Of a stretch of DNA of 64,000 nucleotides, positions 37,200-47,152 are shown piece by piece. The notes under the pieces were generated by a model. The model was given only the letters and a program-made list of their open reading frames with translations. It ran no database searches and was not told where the DNA came from. The stretch spans positions 10,392 through 74,391 of the forward strand of contig JANYLJ010000045.1 of assembly GCA_025357945.1 (NCBI GenBank), written 5' to 3'. Numbering within the stretch: the stretch's first letter is position 1; each line of letters begins with the position of its first letter. The translations under genes were made by a program, and so were the position numbers. The stretch comes from Gemmatimonadota bacterium (GTDB lineage Bacteria > Gemmatimonadota > Gemmatimonadetes > Gemmatimonadales > GWC2-71-9).

Positions 37200-40100
37200 A
37201 TGCGCCGCCTCGCGTGGTTGCTGTTCGCCGCTGCACCCCTCGCGCCGATGACGCTTGGCGCGCAGTACTTCGGCCAGAACAAGGTCCAGTATTCGAAATT
37301 TCACTTCAAGGTGCTCGAGTCGGAGCACTTCGACCTCTATTACTACGAGATCGAGCACAGCGCCGCACTCGATGTCGCGCGGATGGCGGAACGCTCGTAC
37401 CTCGAACTGTCGACCGTGCTCCGTCATCAGTTTCGTGAACGCAAGCCGATCATCCTCTACGCCTCGCTCTCCGACTTCCAGCAGACCAACACCTCGAGCG
37501 AAGGGGTGTCGGAAGGCGTCGGCGGCTTCACCGATTTCCTGAAGCACCGCATCGTCATCCCGCTCACCGGTTCGTACGACGACGTCCAGCACGTGCTGCA
37601 GCACGAAATGACCCACCAGTTCCAGTACGACGTCTGGTCGGGTGGCCGCGCGGGCGGCGGCGTGCAGACGATCATTGCGGTGAACCCGCCGCTCTGGTTC
37701 GTCGAAGGCATGGCCGAGTACATGTCGCTCGGCAAGCTCGACGCCAACACCGCGATGTGGCTCCGCGATGCAGCGCAGGAAGGCAAGCTCCCGACCATCC
37801 AGCAACTCGAGAACGATTCGCGGATCTTTCCCTACCGGTTCGGCCAGGCGCTGTTGACCTACATCGGCCATCGCTGGGGCGACGAGGCGATCGGTGCGAT
37901 CCTGTCGGCGTCACGCTCAGGCTCGCTCGAGGGCGCTTTCCGGCGGGTGATCGGGCTCGACTTCAAGCAGCTGGGTGACCAGTGGCGCGATGCGGTGCTC
38001 AAGGAGTACCTACCCGAGCTCAACACCGCCGACCGGGCAGCGGCGATATCGCAGGCGGTACTGACGAAGGAACGCAGCCAGGGCACGCTGCACCTGGCAC
38101 CCGCGCTCTCGCCCGACGGCACCCAGGTGGCGTACTTCTCCGAGAAAGACTTCTACTTCGTGGACCTCTGGCTGGCGAACGTTGCCGACGGCAAGGTCGA
38201 GCGCCGTCTCTACAAATCAACGTACAGCTCGAACTACGAGACATTCCGGTTCATCAACTCCTCGGCCAGCTGGTCGCCGGACGGCAAGTACCTTGCCTTC
38301 GCCGGCAAGAACGGCGCGCACGACGACATCATCGTGCTTGATGTCGCGCGCAACAAGCAGGTCGGCACGATTCGCCCGGGCCTCAGCGGTGTCACCACAC
38401 CGGCATGGAGTCCCGACGGCTCGCAGATCGTGTTCACCGGATACGATGGTGGCCTGTCGGACCTGTTCATCGTCAACCGCGACGGCAGCAATCTGCGGCG
38501 GCTCACCAACGACAAGTACGCCGACCTTCATCCGGCGTGGTCGCCCGACGGCAAGACAATCGCCTTCACGACCGACCGCGGCCCGAAAACCGACTTCAAC
38601 ACGCTGCGCTTTGGCAACTACCGGCTCGCGCTCTATCACCTGGCGTCGGGGCAGATCGAACTGCTCCGGGGAATGGACTGGGGCAAGAACGTCGATCCGC
38701 AGTGGTCACCCGACGGCACGTCGCTCGCCTACATCTCCGACCGTACTGGCGTGAGCAACATTTACCTGTATGACATGCCCAGCGGCGACTCGTACCAGCT
38801 CACGGATTTCTTCACCGGGGCGCAGGGGATCACGCCGCTCTCGCCCGATCTCTCGTGGGCACGCCAGTCGAACAAGCTGGCGTACGTGTACTACGAGAAG
38901 GGCGACTACAACGTCTACGTGCTCGCCGACCCGGCGAGCCGCAAGAAGGCGCCGTGGCACCCCGTGGAACTGCTGGCGACCCGGCCACCCGCGGCGCGCG
39001 TGGCGCCAGCCGCGGATTCCGCGGCCCCGCCCACGGCCGGTGGCACCTCGCTCTATCGTTCGGCCACCGGACTCCGGCCGGTCGATTCACTCACCAGGCA
39101 ATCCGACACGCTCCGTCCGCCGACCGAGATCTCGATCGAGCATTTGATCGATTCCACCAGGCAACTGCCCGACACCAGCACGTTCTCGGAGCGTCGCTAC
39201 AAGACGGTGTACACGCCCGACTACGTGGCGCGACCGAGCATCGGGTATTCACGAAGCAACTTCGGCAGCGGCATTTTCGGCGGCACGTCGGTGCAACTGT
39301 CCGACATGCTCGGCGATCACCAGCTGCTGTTCAGCGGCTTCGTGAATGGCCGGATCGACGAAGCGCAGGTGCTCGGCGCCTACGTCAACCTGAGTCACCG
39401 CGCCAACTGGGCCGTGGGCCTGTCGCAGGATCCCTATTTCTTCTACAACGGCTCTGGCTACCAGGCCGGACCGACCGACCAGGAACTGACCTACGTCACC
39501 CAAGTCCGCCGTATCGTGCTCCGGTCGGCGTTTGCGGCCGGCTACTACCCGCTGTCGCGATTCCAGCGCGTTGAAGCCGGGTTGCACGTCACGAACGTCG
39601 AAGATGCCGTGCTCGAGTACCGGCAACCATTTGACCGGGTCACCGGGTTCGCGACCGACAACCCCTCCACGGTGAAAACGGTGAACAGCGAGACCGGCTT
39701 CGTGCAACCATCCGTCGCGTGGGTGTTTGACAACTCGATCGCGGGCTACACCGGCCCGTTCCTCGGTCGTCGGTCGCGCATCGAGTTCGCCCCGACGATC
39801 GGCGGCTGGCGCTACCTGCAGACCACCGTCGATCTCCGTCGGTACGACCACCTGTTCGGGCCACTGACGCTCGCCACACGCGCCATGTATTTCGGCCGCA
39901 CCGGACGTGACGCCAGCCGGTTTTCCATGTATCTCGGCTATCCGGACCTGATCCGCGGCTGGACGGCCGGTTCCTTCGATCGCAATGAGTGCGTATCGCA
40001 AGCTGTCGCCGATCCGAACTCGCAAACCGGTTGCGCTGACCTCGACCAGCTGCTCGGGACATCGATCGGGGTGTTCAACGCCGAAGTGCGGTTCCCCATC

Positions 40101-40409
40101 CTCAGCCAGCAGTACATGCACTGGCTGCCGCAAATCTTTCCACCGATCGAAGGCGCCCTGTTCTTCGACGCCGGCGTCGCGTGGCGCGGGGCGAGCCGCG
40201 TGGCATGGAGTCGCCCGGCCGGTGCGTCGCCGGTCGACGTCCGCACGCCGCTCAAGTCGGTCGGTCTGTCGATCAAGGTCAATGCCCTCGGCTTCATGGT
40301 GCTGCGATTTGACTACGCCAAGCCACTCGACCGCTTCATCCAGAACATCGACGGCACCCGCACCGCGGTGAAGCCGTATTGGACGATTTCGTTCGGCCCG
40401 GCATATTGA
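37200..40409 (+). CDS. Outer-membrane fusion protein: HExxH metallopeptidase-like N-domain, TolB-like PD40 beta-propeller, and Omp85/surface-antigen-type C-terminal barrel
   Basis: There is a signal peptide and then HEMTHQF. At least five PD40 repeats are present (SPDGTQVAYFS, SPDGKYLAFAG, SPDGSQIVFTG, SPDGKTIAFTT, SPDGTSLAYIS). The C-terminus is beta-rich and ends ...YWTISFGPAY with a terminal aromatic residue. Confidence 0.78.
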   Translation: MRRLAWLLFAAAPLAPMTLGAQYFGQNKVQYSKFHFKVLESEHFDLYYYEIEHSAALDVARMAERSYLELSTVLRHQFRERKPIILYASLSDFQQTNTSSEGVSEGVGGFTDFLKHRIVIPLTGSYDDVQHVLQHEMTHQFQYDVWSGGRAGGGVQTIIAVNPPLWFVEGMAEYMSLGKLDANTAMWLRDAAQEGKLPTIQQLENDSRIFPYRFGQALLTYIGHRWGDEAIGAILSASRSGSLEGAFRRVIGLDFKQLGDQWRDAVLKEYLPELNTADRAAAISQAVLTKERSQGTLHLAPALSPDGTQVAYFSEKDFYFVDLWLANVADGKVERRLYKSTYSSNYETFRFINSSASWSPDGKYLAFAGKNGAHDDIIVLDVARNKQVGTIRPGLSGVTTPAWSPDGSQIVFTGYDGGLSDLFIVNRDGSNLRRLTNDKYADLHPAWSPDGKTIAFTTDRGPKTDFNTLRFGNYRLALYHLASGQIELLRGMDWGKNVDPQWSPDGTSLAYISDRTGVSNIYLYDMPSGDSYQLTDFFTGAQGITPLSPDLSWARQSNKLAYVYYEKGDYNVYVLADPASRKKAPWHPVELLATRPPAARVAPAADSAAPPTAGGTSLYRSATGLRPVDSLTRQSDTLRPPTEISIEHLIDSTRQLPDTSTFSERRYKTVYTPDYVARPSIGYSRSNFGSGIFGGTSVQLSDMLGDHQLLFSGFVNGRIDEAQVLGAYVNLSHRANWAVGLSQDPYFFYNGSGYQAGPTDQELTYVTQVRRIVLRSAFAAGYYPLSRFQRVEAGLHVTNVEDAVLEYRQPFDRVTGFATDNPSTVKTVNSETGFVQPSVAWVFDNSIAGYTGPFLGRRSRIEFAPTIGGWRYLQTTVDLRRYDHLFGPLTLATRAMYFGRTGRDASRFSMYLGYPDLIRGWTAGSFDRNECVSQAVADPNSQTGCADLDQLLGTSIGVFNAEVRFPILSQQYMHWLPQIFPPIEGALFFDAGVAWRGASRVAWSRPAGASPVDVRTPLKSVGLSIKVNALGFMVLRFDYAKPLDRFIQNIDGTRTAVKPYWTISFGPAY

Positions 40410-40414
40410 GCACG

Positions 40415-41863
40415 ATGCCGGGTCGCCTCGCCGCTCAGATGATGTTGGCCGCCGCACTCGCCGGGTGCGGCGGCCAACGCGTTCCAACTGCTACGCATCA
40501 CCTCCCCGCAGCGATCGCCACGCCGCCCGCCGACGCCGCGCTGCTGCGGGTGTCACGCTCGGGTGGCAATGCCCAACTGCTGCGTGCCAACACCCTGACG
40601 CCGCAAGAATGGATTATCTCCGGCGGATTGCCGACGATGTCGCGGGTCCTGGGCGCGAGCGGCAGCGACGACCAGACGGTGTACGGCGCTGACAACGCCG
40701 GACGTCTGGTGGCGATCGACCTGAAGGGGCGACGATCGCGACTGGTCCCAACGTCGGCGCGCCAGCTCACCGCCACCCTCGACGGCACCATCCTGGGCGT
40801 GGATTCGGCGCACCACCCGGTGCGGTTCGCCGGTACATCTCCGAACACGCTGAAGGCGTCGGTCGAGCGCGGCACCATCCTGCTCCGCGGGCCCGGCGAC
40901 CAGATCCTCACGGTGGGGAACCGGTCGGGAACGCTGCAGGTGCTTGGCGCCGCCGGCGAGGTGCGCCACGTCGCGATTCCGAACGGGCGCGTGACGGCAA
41001 CGTGGGTGGGTGATCTGGTCGCGGTCACCACCGACAGCGGCGTACTCTTCGTTGACCCGAGCGGCAAGTTGCCGGCCCGGAAGGCCCCGCCCCGGTTCAT
41101 CAAGGTTCGCGGCACGCCGACCACGGCAGCGTTTTCGCCCTCCGGACACCGCCTCTACGTGGCCCGCAAGACCGGCGGCCTCGTCATGATCGACCGGTTC
41201 ACCCGGAGCCAGCTCCGGGAGCTGCCGATGGCGGGGACCGCCGACGCTCTGCGCGCGGATCGCAGCGGCAGATGGTTGCTTGCGCATGGGGCCCCCGGGG
41301 ATTCGCTCTGGGTGATCGACCTGTCGCGGTGGACGATCGCCTGGCGCGGAACGGCGCCGTGGAGCGACGACCTGCCGCAAGTCGTCGATGCTCAGACGCT
41401 GCTCGTGCGACGCCGGGCAGACGTCCTCGCCATCGACCTCGGCGGCGCGACGCCGCCCGAACGAGGCCTGCTGGTCGGCGGGGCGGCCGACCTCTACATC
41501 ATGCTGCCATGGGTCCCGAAGAGCGGCGGCAAGGCCGCGGCGGACCTCGCTGCGGCCACGAGCGCAACGGCGACGACGCCCACGGTAGCGCCGCCGGCCC
41601 CGCCACCAGCGCCGACAAACGGCGCCACCGGTGGCAAGCTGTACCTGCAGATGTCCGCCTCCCAGAACCAGGAATGGGCCCAGGCGCTTGCCAAGCAGCT
41701 GAAGGACGGCGGTTTTCCGGCCACGGTGCTCGAGCCCAAAACCCGCGATGAAAGCTACCGTGTGGTCATCGGTCCCTACCTGACCCGCGAGGACGCCGAC
41801 GCCGTCGGGAAGCGCCTCGGCCGGCCCTATTTCATCATCACGCCGGGGTCCGGCGACACCTGA
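40415..41863 (+). CDS. Lipoprotein with beta-propeller-like body and C-terminal SPOR (peptidoglycan-binding) domain
   Basis: There is a lipobox, MMLAAALAGCGG. The C-terminus LYLQMSASQNQEWAQALAKQLKDGGFPATVLEP...YRVVIGPYLTREDADAVGKRL fits the SPOR pattern. Confidence 0.7.
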   Translation: MPGRLAAQMMLAAALAGCGGQRVPTATHHLPAAIATPPADAALLRVSRSGGNAQLLRANTLTPQEWIISGGLPTMSRVLGASGSDDQTVYGADNAGRLVAIDLKGRRSRLVPTSARQLTATLDGTILGVDSAHHPVRFAGTSPNTLKASVERGTILLRGPGDQILTVGNRSGTLQVLGAAGEVRHVAIPNGRVTATWVGDLVAVTTDSGVLFVDPSGKLPARKAPPRFIKVRGTPTTAAFSPSGHRLYVARKTGGLVMIDRFTRSQLRELPMAGTADALRADRSGRWLLAHGAPGDSLWVIDLSRWTIAWRGTAPWSDDLPQVVDAQTLLVRRRADVLAIDLGGATPPERGLLVGGAADLYIMLPWVPKSGGKAAADLAAATSATATTPTVAPPAPPPAPTNGATGGKLYLQMSASQNQEWAQALAKQLKDGGFPATVLEPKTRDESYRVVIGPYLTREDADAVGKRLGRPYFIITPGSGDT

Positions 41864-41943
41864 GCCGCCCTGCTATCTTTGCGCCTTGCAACGACCGTGT
41901 CACGTCACATACGGGCCGTTGGTGAACCCTTACCCACCAGGCG

Positions 41944-44900
41944 ATGAAGCTCACCAAACTGGAACTGTCCGGTTTCAAGTCGTTTGCGGACACGGTGTCC
42001 CTCTCGTTTGAAGAGGGTGTGACGGCGATTGTCGGTCCCAACGGTTGTGGCAAGTCGAACGTGTCCGACGCGGTGCGCTGGGTGCTCGGCGAGCAGTCCG
42101 CGCGCCTGCTTCGCGGCGGCAAGATGGAAGACGTGATTTTTCAGGGTGCCGCGACGCGACGTCCGGTAAACGTCACCGAGGTCTCGCTCTTTCTTGACAA
42201 CAGCGACGGCCAACTTGCCACCCCGTATACTGAAGTGGTCATCACCCGCCGCCTGTCGCGGTCGGGCCAGAGCGACTACCTGCTCAACAATGCTCCGACG
42301 CGTCTCCGGGATATTCAGGACCTGCTTCGCGGCACCGGGCTCGGCAGCGACGCCGGCGTTGTTATCGAAGCACGGATGATCGACCTGCTGCTGTCCGATC
42401 GCGCCGACGAGCGGCGCTCGTTGTTCGAGGAGGCCGCCGGCGTCGGCCTCTATCGCGACCGCCGGCATACCACCGCGCGGCGCCTCGAGGAGACGGCGGG
42501 TGACCTGCAGCGGCTCGAAGATCTCCTCGCCGAGGTCCAATCGCAGATTCGCTCGCTGGCGCGACAGAAGGGCAAGACCGAGCGCCACACCGCGTTGAAC
42601 GAAGAGAAGTTCGCGGTCACGCTGACCCTGGCGCGCCGGCGGCTCGACCAACTGGCGCAAGACGCCGTGGACTTCGAGCGGCGTCACGTGGAACTGACGG
42701 AACTGCTGCCCCGCGATCGCGAGCGGCTCGCCGCGATCGCCGCCGTCCGCGAGGAAGCCGTCCTCAGGCGGAACGCCGCCGAGCGCCATCGTGCCGCCGT
42801 TGCGGAGGATCTTGGCGGCGTGCGCGTCTCCCTGGGCCGGGTCGAGGGCGACCTGGCGGTGGCCGCGGAGCGACTGGCCAACGCGGCCGAACGGCGACGG
42901 CGCGCGGCGGAAGAGCGCGGCGACGCGGAGGTGCGGCTGCAGCAGGCAGGCCGCGAGCTTCAGAGCGCCGGCGCGGAACACCAGGGGGCGGAAGCCGAAC
43001 ACGCGGTGGTGGGCCAGGAACTCGCGAGTCGCTCCGATGCGGAAGCAGACGCGCGGCGACGGCTCACCGCCCAGCGGGAGGATGTCCGCCGCCTGGAGCA
43101 CTCCCTGCAACAGGCGGCCGAACAACTTCGGTCGCTGGAAGGTGAACGCACCGCGCTCGACGTCGAACTTGCATCGCTGCGGGAGCGCATCGGCGAGGAG
43201 TCGGCGCGCCGCGCCCACTTGGCCGATGAGCGCCGCAACGCCGGTGACCGGCTCACCGAGGCGCGGGCGGTCAGCGAGCGACAGGGGGAAGACACCCGGC
43301 ACAAGTCGGCTGCTGCCGAACAGGCGCGCCTCCGGCTGCGGGAAACCCGCGACCGTGAGGCCCGCGAAGTCGCCGAGCGTCGCGCCCTGGAAGAGGACGT
43401 CGCCGTGCTCACGGCGCGTCGGTCCGCCCTCGAGGCGCTCGAGCGGGACCGCGTCGGTCTCGCTCCTGCCGCCGCGGCCCTGTTGGCGCAGCGCGATCGC
43501 TTCGACGGCCGCGTACTGGGCCCGCTGGCCGACTTCATCTCGACCGACGGTGATCAGGCCGAGCTCGCCGAGCAGTTGCTGGGCGACTTCGCCCACGCCG
43601 TGCTGGTGCAGGACAGTGCGACCGTGGCGGCAGTGCAGGCGTGGCACGCGCGCGAGCAACCGGGCGCGCTCATCCTCCTGACGGTGGAACCGGGGCCGGT
43701 CACCCATGGCGGCTCGATCGACGCGCGACTGCGGGTGGATCCGCGGGCCGCAGCGTGGATCGCCGCATTGGTGGGCGGCTCCGAAGTGCTGGAACAGAGT
43801 GGTCGCGCGCTTCGACGGGCCAATGGTGCCATTTACCTGACTGGCCCGTCGACGTCCAGCGGCCCGATTCGACGCCGCGCCGAGCTCAAGTCGCTCGCGA
43901 CAGAAATCGAGAAGGCCGCGACCGGGCTCGGCGCCGTCGAAATTCGACGGGCCGAGACTGCGACCGAGTTGACGTCGCTGGAAACGGCCGCGGGTGAGGC
44001 GGAACAGAGCGCCGACCGCGCGCGCGAGGCCGAGCGCCAGGCGGTCGCGGCCCGAGAGGATACCGCGCGCCGGGTTGCCAATTTCGACCGGGAACTCGCC
44101 GACGCCGCCACGCAACTCGAACGGCTCGCTGATCGCCTCATGCGCGCAGAACAACGCCGGTCCGAGGTCGAAGCCGCGCTGGCGAGCGGCAGCACGAGCC
44201 GCGACCAGCTCGGCGAACAGTTGCGGTTGGCGCGCACCGGCCTGACCGCACTGGAGGGCGAACAGGAACGGGCGCGCGACGTGCGAGCGCAGTGGCAGGT
44301 GCAGGAAGCGCATATCAGCGCTCGGTTGCGGGCGGCGGGCGCCGCCATCGAACGCACCCAGCAGGTCATCGCCGACGCCGAATCGTCCGGCCGCGCCCGC
44401 GCCGAGGAAATCGCGGGACTCGATGGCGACCGTACCGCGCTCGAACAGCAGCGGGCACTGTGGCAGGCCGGACTCGACGAGCAACGCCAGCAACTCACCG
44501 CGCTCGAAACGGCCACAGTCCAGGCCGAATCGTCCCTGCAAGTCGCCGAAGCCACGCTCGCGTCCGAGGAAGCCGAACTGGCCGACGTCCGCCGCACGAC
44601 CGAGGCGATGAGCGAAGAACACCACCGCCTGCAGCTCGATGTGGCCGAAACCACGGCGCAGCGCCGGCGGATCGTCGAGCGCGTCGAAGCCGAGTGGAAG
44701 CGGCCGTTCGACGTGCTGCTCGAATCGGCGCAGCTGCTCGACCTCGATCTCGAGACGCTCGAGCTGGAAGCCGAACGGATCGTGAACGCGCTCGAGACGA
44801 TCGGACCGGTGAACGCGCTCGCCGTCGAGGAGCACGCCGAGGAGAGCAAGCGTCTCGCATTCCTGCAGGCACAACGTGACGACCTGGTCGCGGCGCGGCA

Positions 44901-45411
44901 ATCACTCCTGCAGGCGATCAAGGAGATCGACGGAACCGCACGCGGCCTCTTCCAGGAAACGTTCACGGCGATCAGCGCAAACTTCATCAACGTATTCCAG
45001 ACGCTCTTCGGGGGCGGCGAGTGCGAACTCCGGCTGAGCGATCCCGACGATCCGCTCGAATCGGAGATCGAGATTCACGCTGCTCCGCGTGGCAAGCGGA
45101 CGCAGCGGATTCACCTGCTTTCCTCGGGCGAGCGAACGCTCGTCGCGGTGTCGCTCCTCTTCTCGATCTACCTGACCAAGCCAAGCCCGTTCTGCCTCAT
45201 GGACGAAGTGGACGCGCCGCTCGATGACGCCAACGTCGGCCGGTTCCTCCGCCTGCTCGACGAGTTCAAGCACCAGACCCAATTCCTGGTGATCACCCAC
45301 AATCCCCGTACGATGCAGGCCGCCGATAGCGTGTACGGCGTGACGATGCAGGAACTGGGGGTGTCCACCATTGTGGGGGTCCGGATCGCGGATCATACCG
45401 TGGCGGCTTAG
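41944..45411 (+). CDS. smc: Chromosome partition protein Smc
   Basis: Walker A is GPNGCGKSN. There are long coiled coils. The signature motif is LSSGERTLVAVSLLF and Walker B is CLMDEVDAPLD. Confidence 0.95.
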   Translation: MKLTKLELSGFKSFADTVSLSFEEGVTAIVGPNGCGKSNVSDAVRWVLGEQSARLLRGGKMEDVIFQGAATRRPVNVTEVSLFLDNSDGQLATPYTEVVITRRLSRSGQSDYLLNNAPTRLRDIQDLLRGTGLGSDAGVVIEARMIDLLLSDRADERRSLFEEAAGVGLYRDRRHTTARRLEETAGDLQRLEDLLAEVQSQIRSLARQKGKTERHTALNEEKFAVTLTLARRRLDQLAQDAVDFERRHVELTELLPRDRERLAAIAAVREEAVLRRNAAERHRAAVAEDLGGVRVSLGRVEGDLAVAAERLANAAERRRRAAEERGDAEVRLQQAGRELQSAGAEHQGAEAEHAVVGQELASRSDAEADARRRLTAQREDVRRLEHSLQQAAEQLRSLEGERTALDVELASLRERIGEESARRAHLADERRNAGDRLTEARAVSERQGEDTRHKSAAAEQARLRLRETRDREAREVAERRALEEDVAVLTARRSALEALERDRVGLAPAAAALLAQRDRFDGRVLGPLADFISTDGDQAELAEQLLGDFAHAVLVQDSATVAAVQAWHAREQPGALILLTVEPGPVTHGGSIDARLRVDPRAAAWIAALVGGSEVLEQSGRALRRANGAIYLTGPSTSSGPIRRRAELKSLATEIEKAATGLGAVEIRRAETATELTSLETAAGEAEQSADRAREAERQAVAAREDTARRVANFDRELADAATQLERLADRLMRAEQRRSEVEAALASGSTSRDQLGEQLRLARTGLTALEGEQERARDVRAQWQVQEAHISARLRAAGAAIERTQQVIADAESSGRARAEEIAGLDGDRTALEQQRALWQAGLDEQRQQLTALETATVQAESSLQVAEATLASEEAELADVRRTTEAMSEEHHRLQLDVAETTAQRRRIVERVEAEWKRPFDVLLESAQLLDLDLETLELEAERIVNALETIGPVNALAVEEHAEESKRLAFLQAQRDDLVAARQSLLQAIKEIDGTARGLFQETFTAISANFINVFQTLFGGGECELRLSDPDDPLESEIEIHAAPRGKRTQRIHLLSSGERTLVAVSLLFSIYLTKPSPFCLMDEVDAPLDDANVGRFLRLLDEFKHQTQFLVITHNPRTMQAADSVYGVTMQELGVSTIVGVRIADHTVAA

Positions 45412-45443
45412 CCCCCCGGCCCCCACCCCATTTAGATTCCGTC

Positions 45444-46481
45444 ATGCTGATAGTCATGAAACAGGACGCCACGCCCGAGGAGATCTCCGGCGTGGTATCG
45501 ATCATCGCTGCCATGGGGTACGAGGCACGCCCGATGCCCGGGCGCCAGCGCACGACGGTTGGCCTGGTAGGCAACGACGGCCGGGTGGATTCGTCCACGA
45601 TCGCCGGGCTGTCAGGCGTGGCCGAGATCATTCACGTCTCCAAACCCTACAAGCAGGTGTCGCGCGAGTGGCAGCTCGAGCCGACCCGGATTCCGCTGCC
45701 GGATGGCACCGTCGTCGGCGACCGCGAGGTCGTCGTGATGGCAGGCCCCTGTTCCGTCGAGAGTGAGGAGCAGATTCTCGCCGCAGCCCGCCTGGTCAAG
45801 GCCGCGGGCGCGACGGTGCTGCGCGGGGGCGCGTTCAAGCCCCGTTCGTCGCCGTATTCGTTCCAGGGGCTCGGTCGGCGCGGACTCGAGCTGCTCGACC
45901 TGGCGCGCCAGGAGACCGGCTTGCTCATCGTCACCGAGGCGATGGACCTCGACGGACTCGAGCTGGTGGCCGAGACCGCCGACATTATCCAGGTCGGCGC
46001 CCGCAGCATGCAGAACTATCCGCTGCTCAAGGAGTGCGGCCGACTGCGCAAGCCGATCCTGCTCAAGCGGGGGCTCGCCGCCACGATCACCGAGTTGTTG
46101 CTCTCCGCGGAATACATTCTCGCCGCTGGCAATCCGAACGTGATTCTCTGCGAACGCGGCATCCGCTCGTTTGATCCCACGACGCGCAACCTGTTCGACA
46201 TCGCGGCGATCGCGGTGGTGCACGGCCTGTCGCACCTGCCGATCGTGGCCGACCCGAGCCACGGCACTGGTCACCGCGACATGGTCCCGGCCATGGCGCG
46301 GGCCGCGGTGGCGGCCGGCGCCGACGGGCTGCTTGTCGAGGTGCACCCGAATCCGGAGCGCGCGTTGTCGGACGGAGGGCAGAGCCTGTACCCAGAGCAG
46401 TTCGACAAGATGATGCGCGAAGTTGCGGCGATCGCCGAGGTGATCGGTCGCTCGCTTGCCACCGTGGGAACCGTGGTCTAG
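45444..46481 (+). CDS. aroF: 3-deoxy-7-phosphoheptulonate (DAHP) synthase, type I-beta with N-terminal ferredoxin-like regulatory domain
   Basis: The N-terminal approximately 70 aa (MLIVMKQDATPEEISGVVSII...) resemble the Thermotoga-type regulatory domain. The catalytic motifs GAFKPRSSPYSFQGLG and VADPSHG are present. Confidence 0.9.
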   Translation: MLIVMKQDATPEEISGVVSIIAAMGYEARPMPGRQRTTVGLVGNDGRVDSSTIAGLSGVAEIIHVSKPYKQVSREWQLEPTRIPLPDGTVVGDREVVVMAGPCSVESEEQILAAARLVKAAGATVLRGGAFKPRSSPYSFQGLGRRGLELLDLARQETGLLIVTEAMDLDGLELVAETADIIQVGARSMQNYPLLKECGRLRKPILLKRGLAATITELLLSAEYILAAGNPNVILCERGIRSFDPTTRNLFDIAAIAVVHGLSHLPIVADPSHGTGHRDMVPAMARAAVAAGADGLLVEVHPNPERALSDGGQSLYPEQFDKMMREVAAIAEVIGRSLATVGTVV

Positions 46482-47152
46482 TGCGGCTCGCGGCGGCATG
46501 GGCGGGGTTGCTTGGGCTGTGCGCCCTCTGCCGTGCATTGCCAGCCCAGGTCGGCGGCAGCGACAAGGGGACGCCCGTTGTTCGGAACGCCAGCCGCGCC
46601 TACCAGGCCCTCAGCAGCTTTCAGGCGCAGTTTATTCAGCACTTTGAAGACAAGAACCTGGACATGCCTGATTCGAAGGGGACGCTGTACCAGGAAGGGA
46701 AAAATCGTTTTGCGATGCGGTTCAGCGATCCACCGAAAGATGCGATCGTTGTCGACGGCACCAAGGTCTGGATGTACTTGCCCAGTTCCAGCCCGGGCCA
46801 GGTGCTCCGTTTCCCCCAGCCGAATCACGCGACCTACGGCACCAACCTGCTCGGCACGTTCCTCGACAATGCCGTCGATCGCTATCGAATCACCTATGTC
46901 AATTCAGAGGAGATCGACGGCCACATCACCGACGCCGTGATCATGGAGCCACTCGCGAACGACATGCCGTTCCGGCGAGCCACCGTCTGGTTCGACCGGG
47001 ATCTCGGCCTGCCGCGGCGCCTCGACATCGAGGAATCGCGTGACCACAAGCGGGTGCTCCGCCTGTCCCAGTTGCGCGTGAACGGTTCGATACAGTCCGA
47101 CGTCTTCATCTGCGGCAAACTCCCCAAGGGGACGAAGATCATCGATCAGTAG
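46481..47152 (+). CDS. LolA-like outer-membrane lipoprotein carrier family protein
   Basis: There is a signal peptide, then FQAQFIQHFEDK...GTLYQEGKNRFAMRF...VVDGTKVWMYLP. The GTG overlaps the aroF TAG. Confidence 0.72.
   Translation: MRLAAAWAGLLGLCALCRALPAQVGGSDKGTPVVRNASRAYQALSSFQAQFIQHFEDKNLDMPDSKGTLYQEGKNRFAMRFSDPPKDAIVVDGTKVWMYLPSSSPGQVLRFPQPNHATYGTNLLGTFLDNAVDRYRITYVNSEEIDGHITDAVIMEPLANDMPFRRATVWFDRDLGLPRRLDIEESRDHKRVLRLSQLRVNGSIQSDVFICGKLPKGTKIIDQ

Noticed and set aside
41905-44901. A 998-aa ORF on the minus strand, plus a 385-aa ORF at 43833-44990, lies opposite smc.
   Set aside because: The plus-strand frame has unmistakable SMC motifs (GPNGCGKSN, LSSGERTL, CLMDEVDAPLD). The coiled-coil codons (GAG, GCC, CTC, CGC) read as stop-free codons in antisense. 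The antisense translation is low-complexity and rich in Arg/Gly/Leu/Pro. It is a GC-driven shadow ORF.
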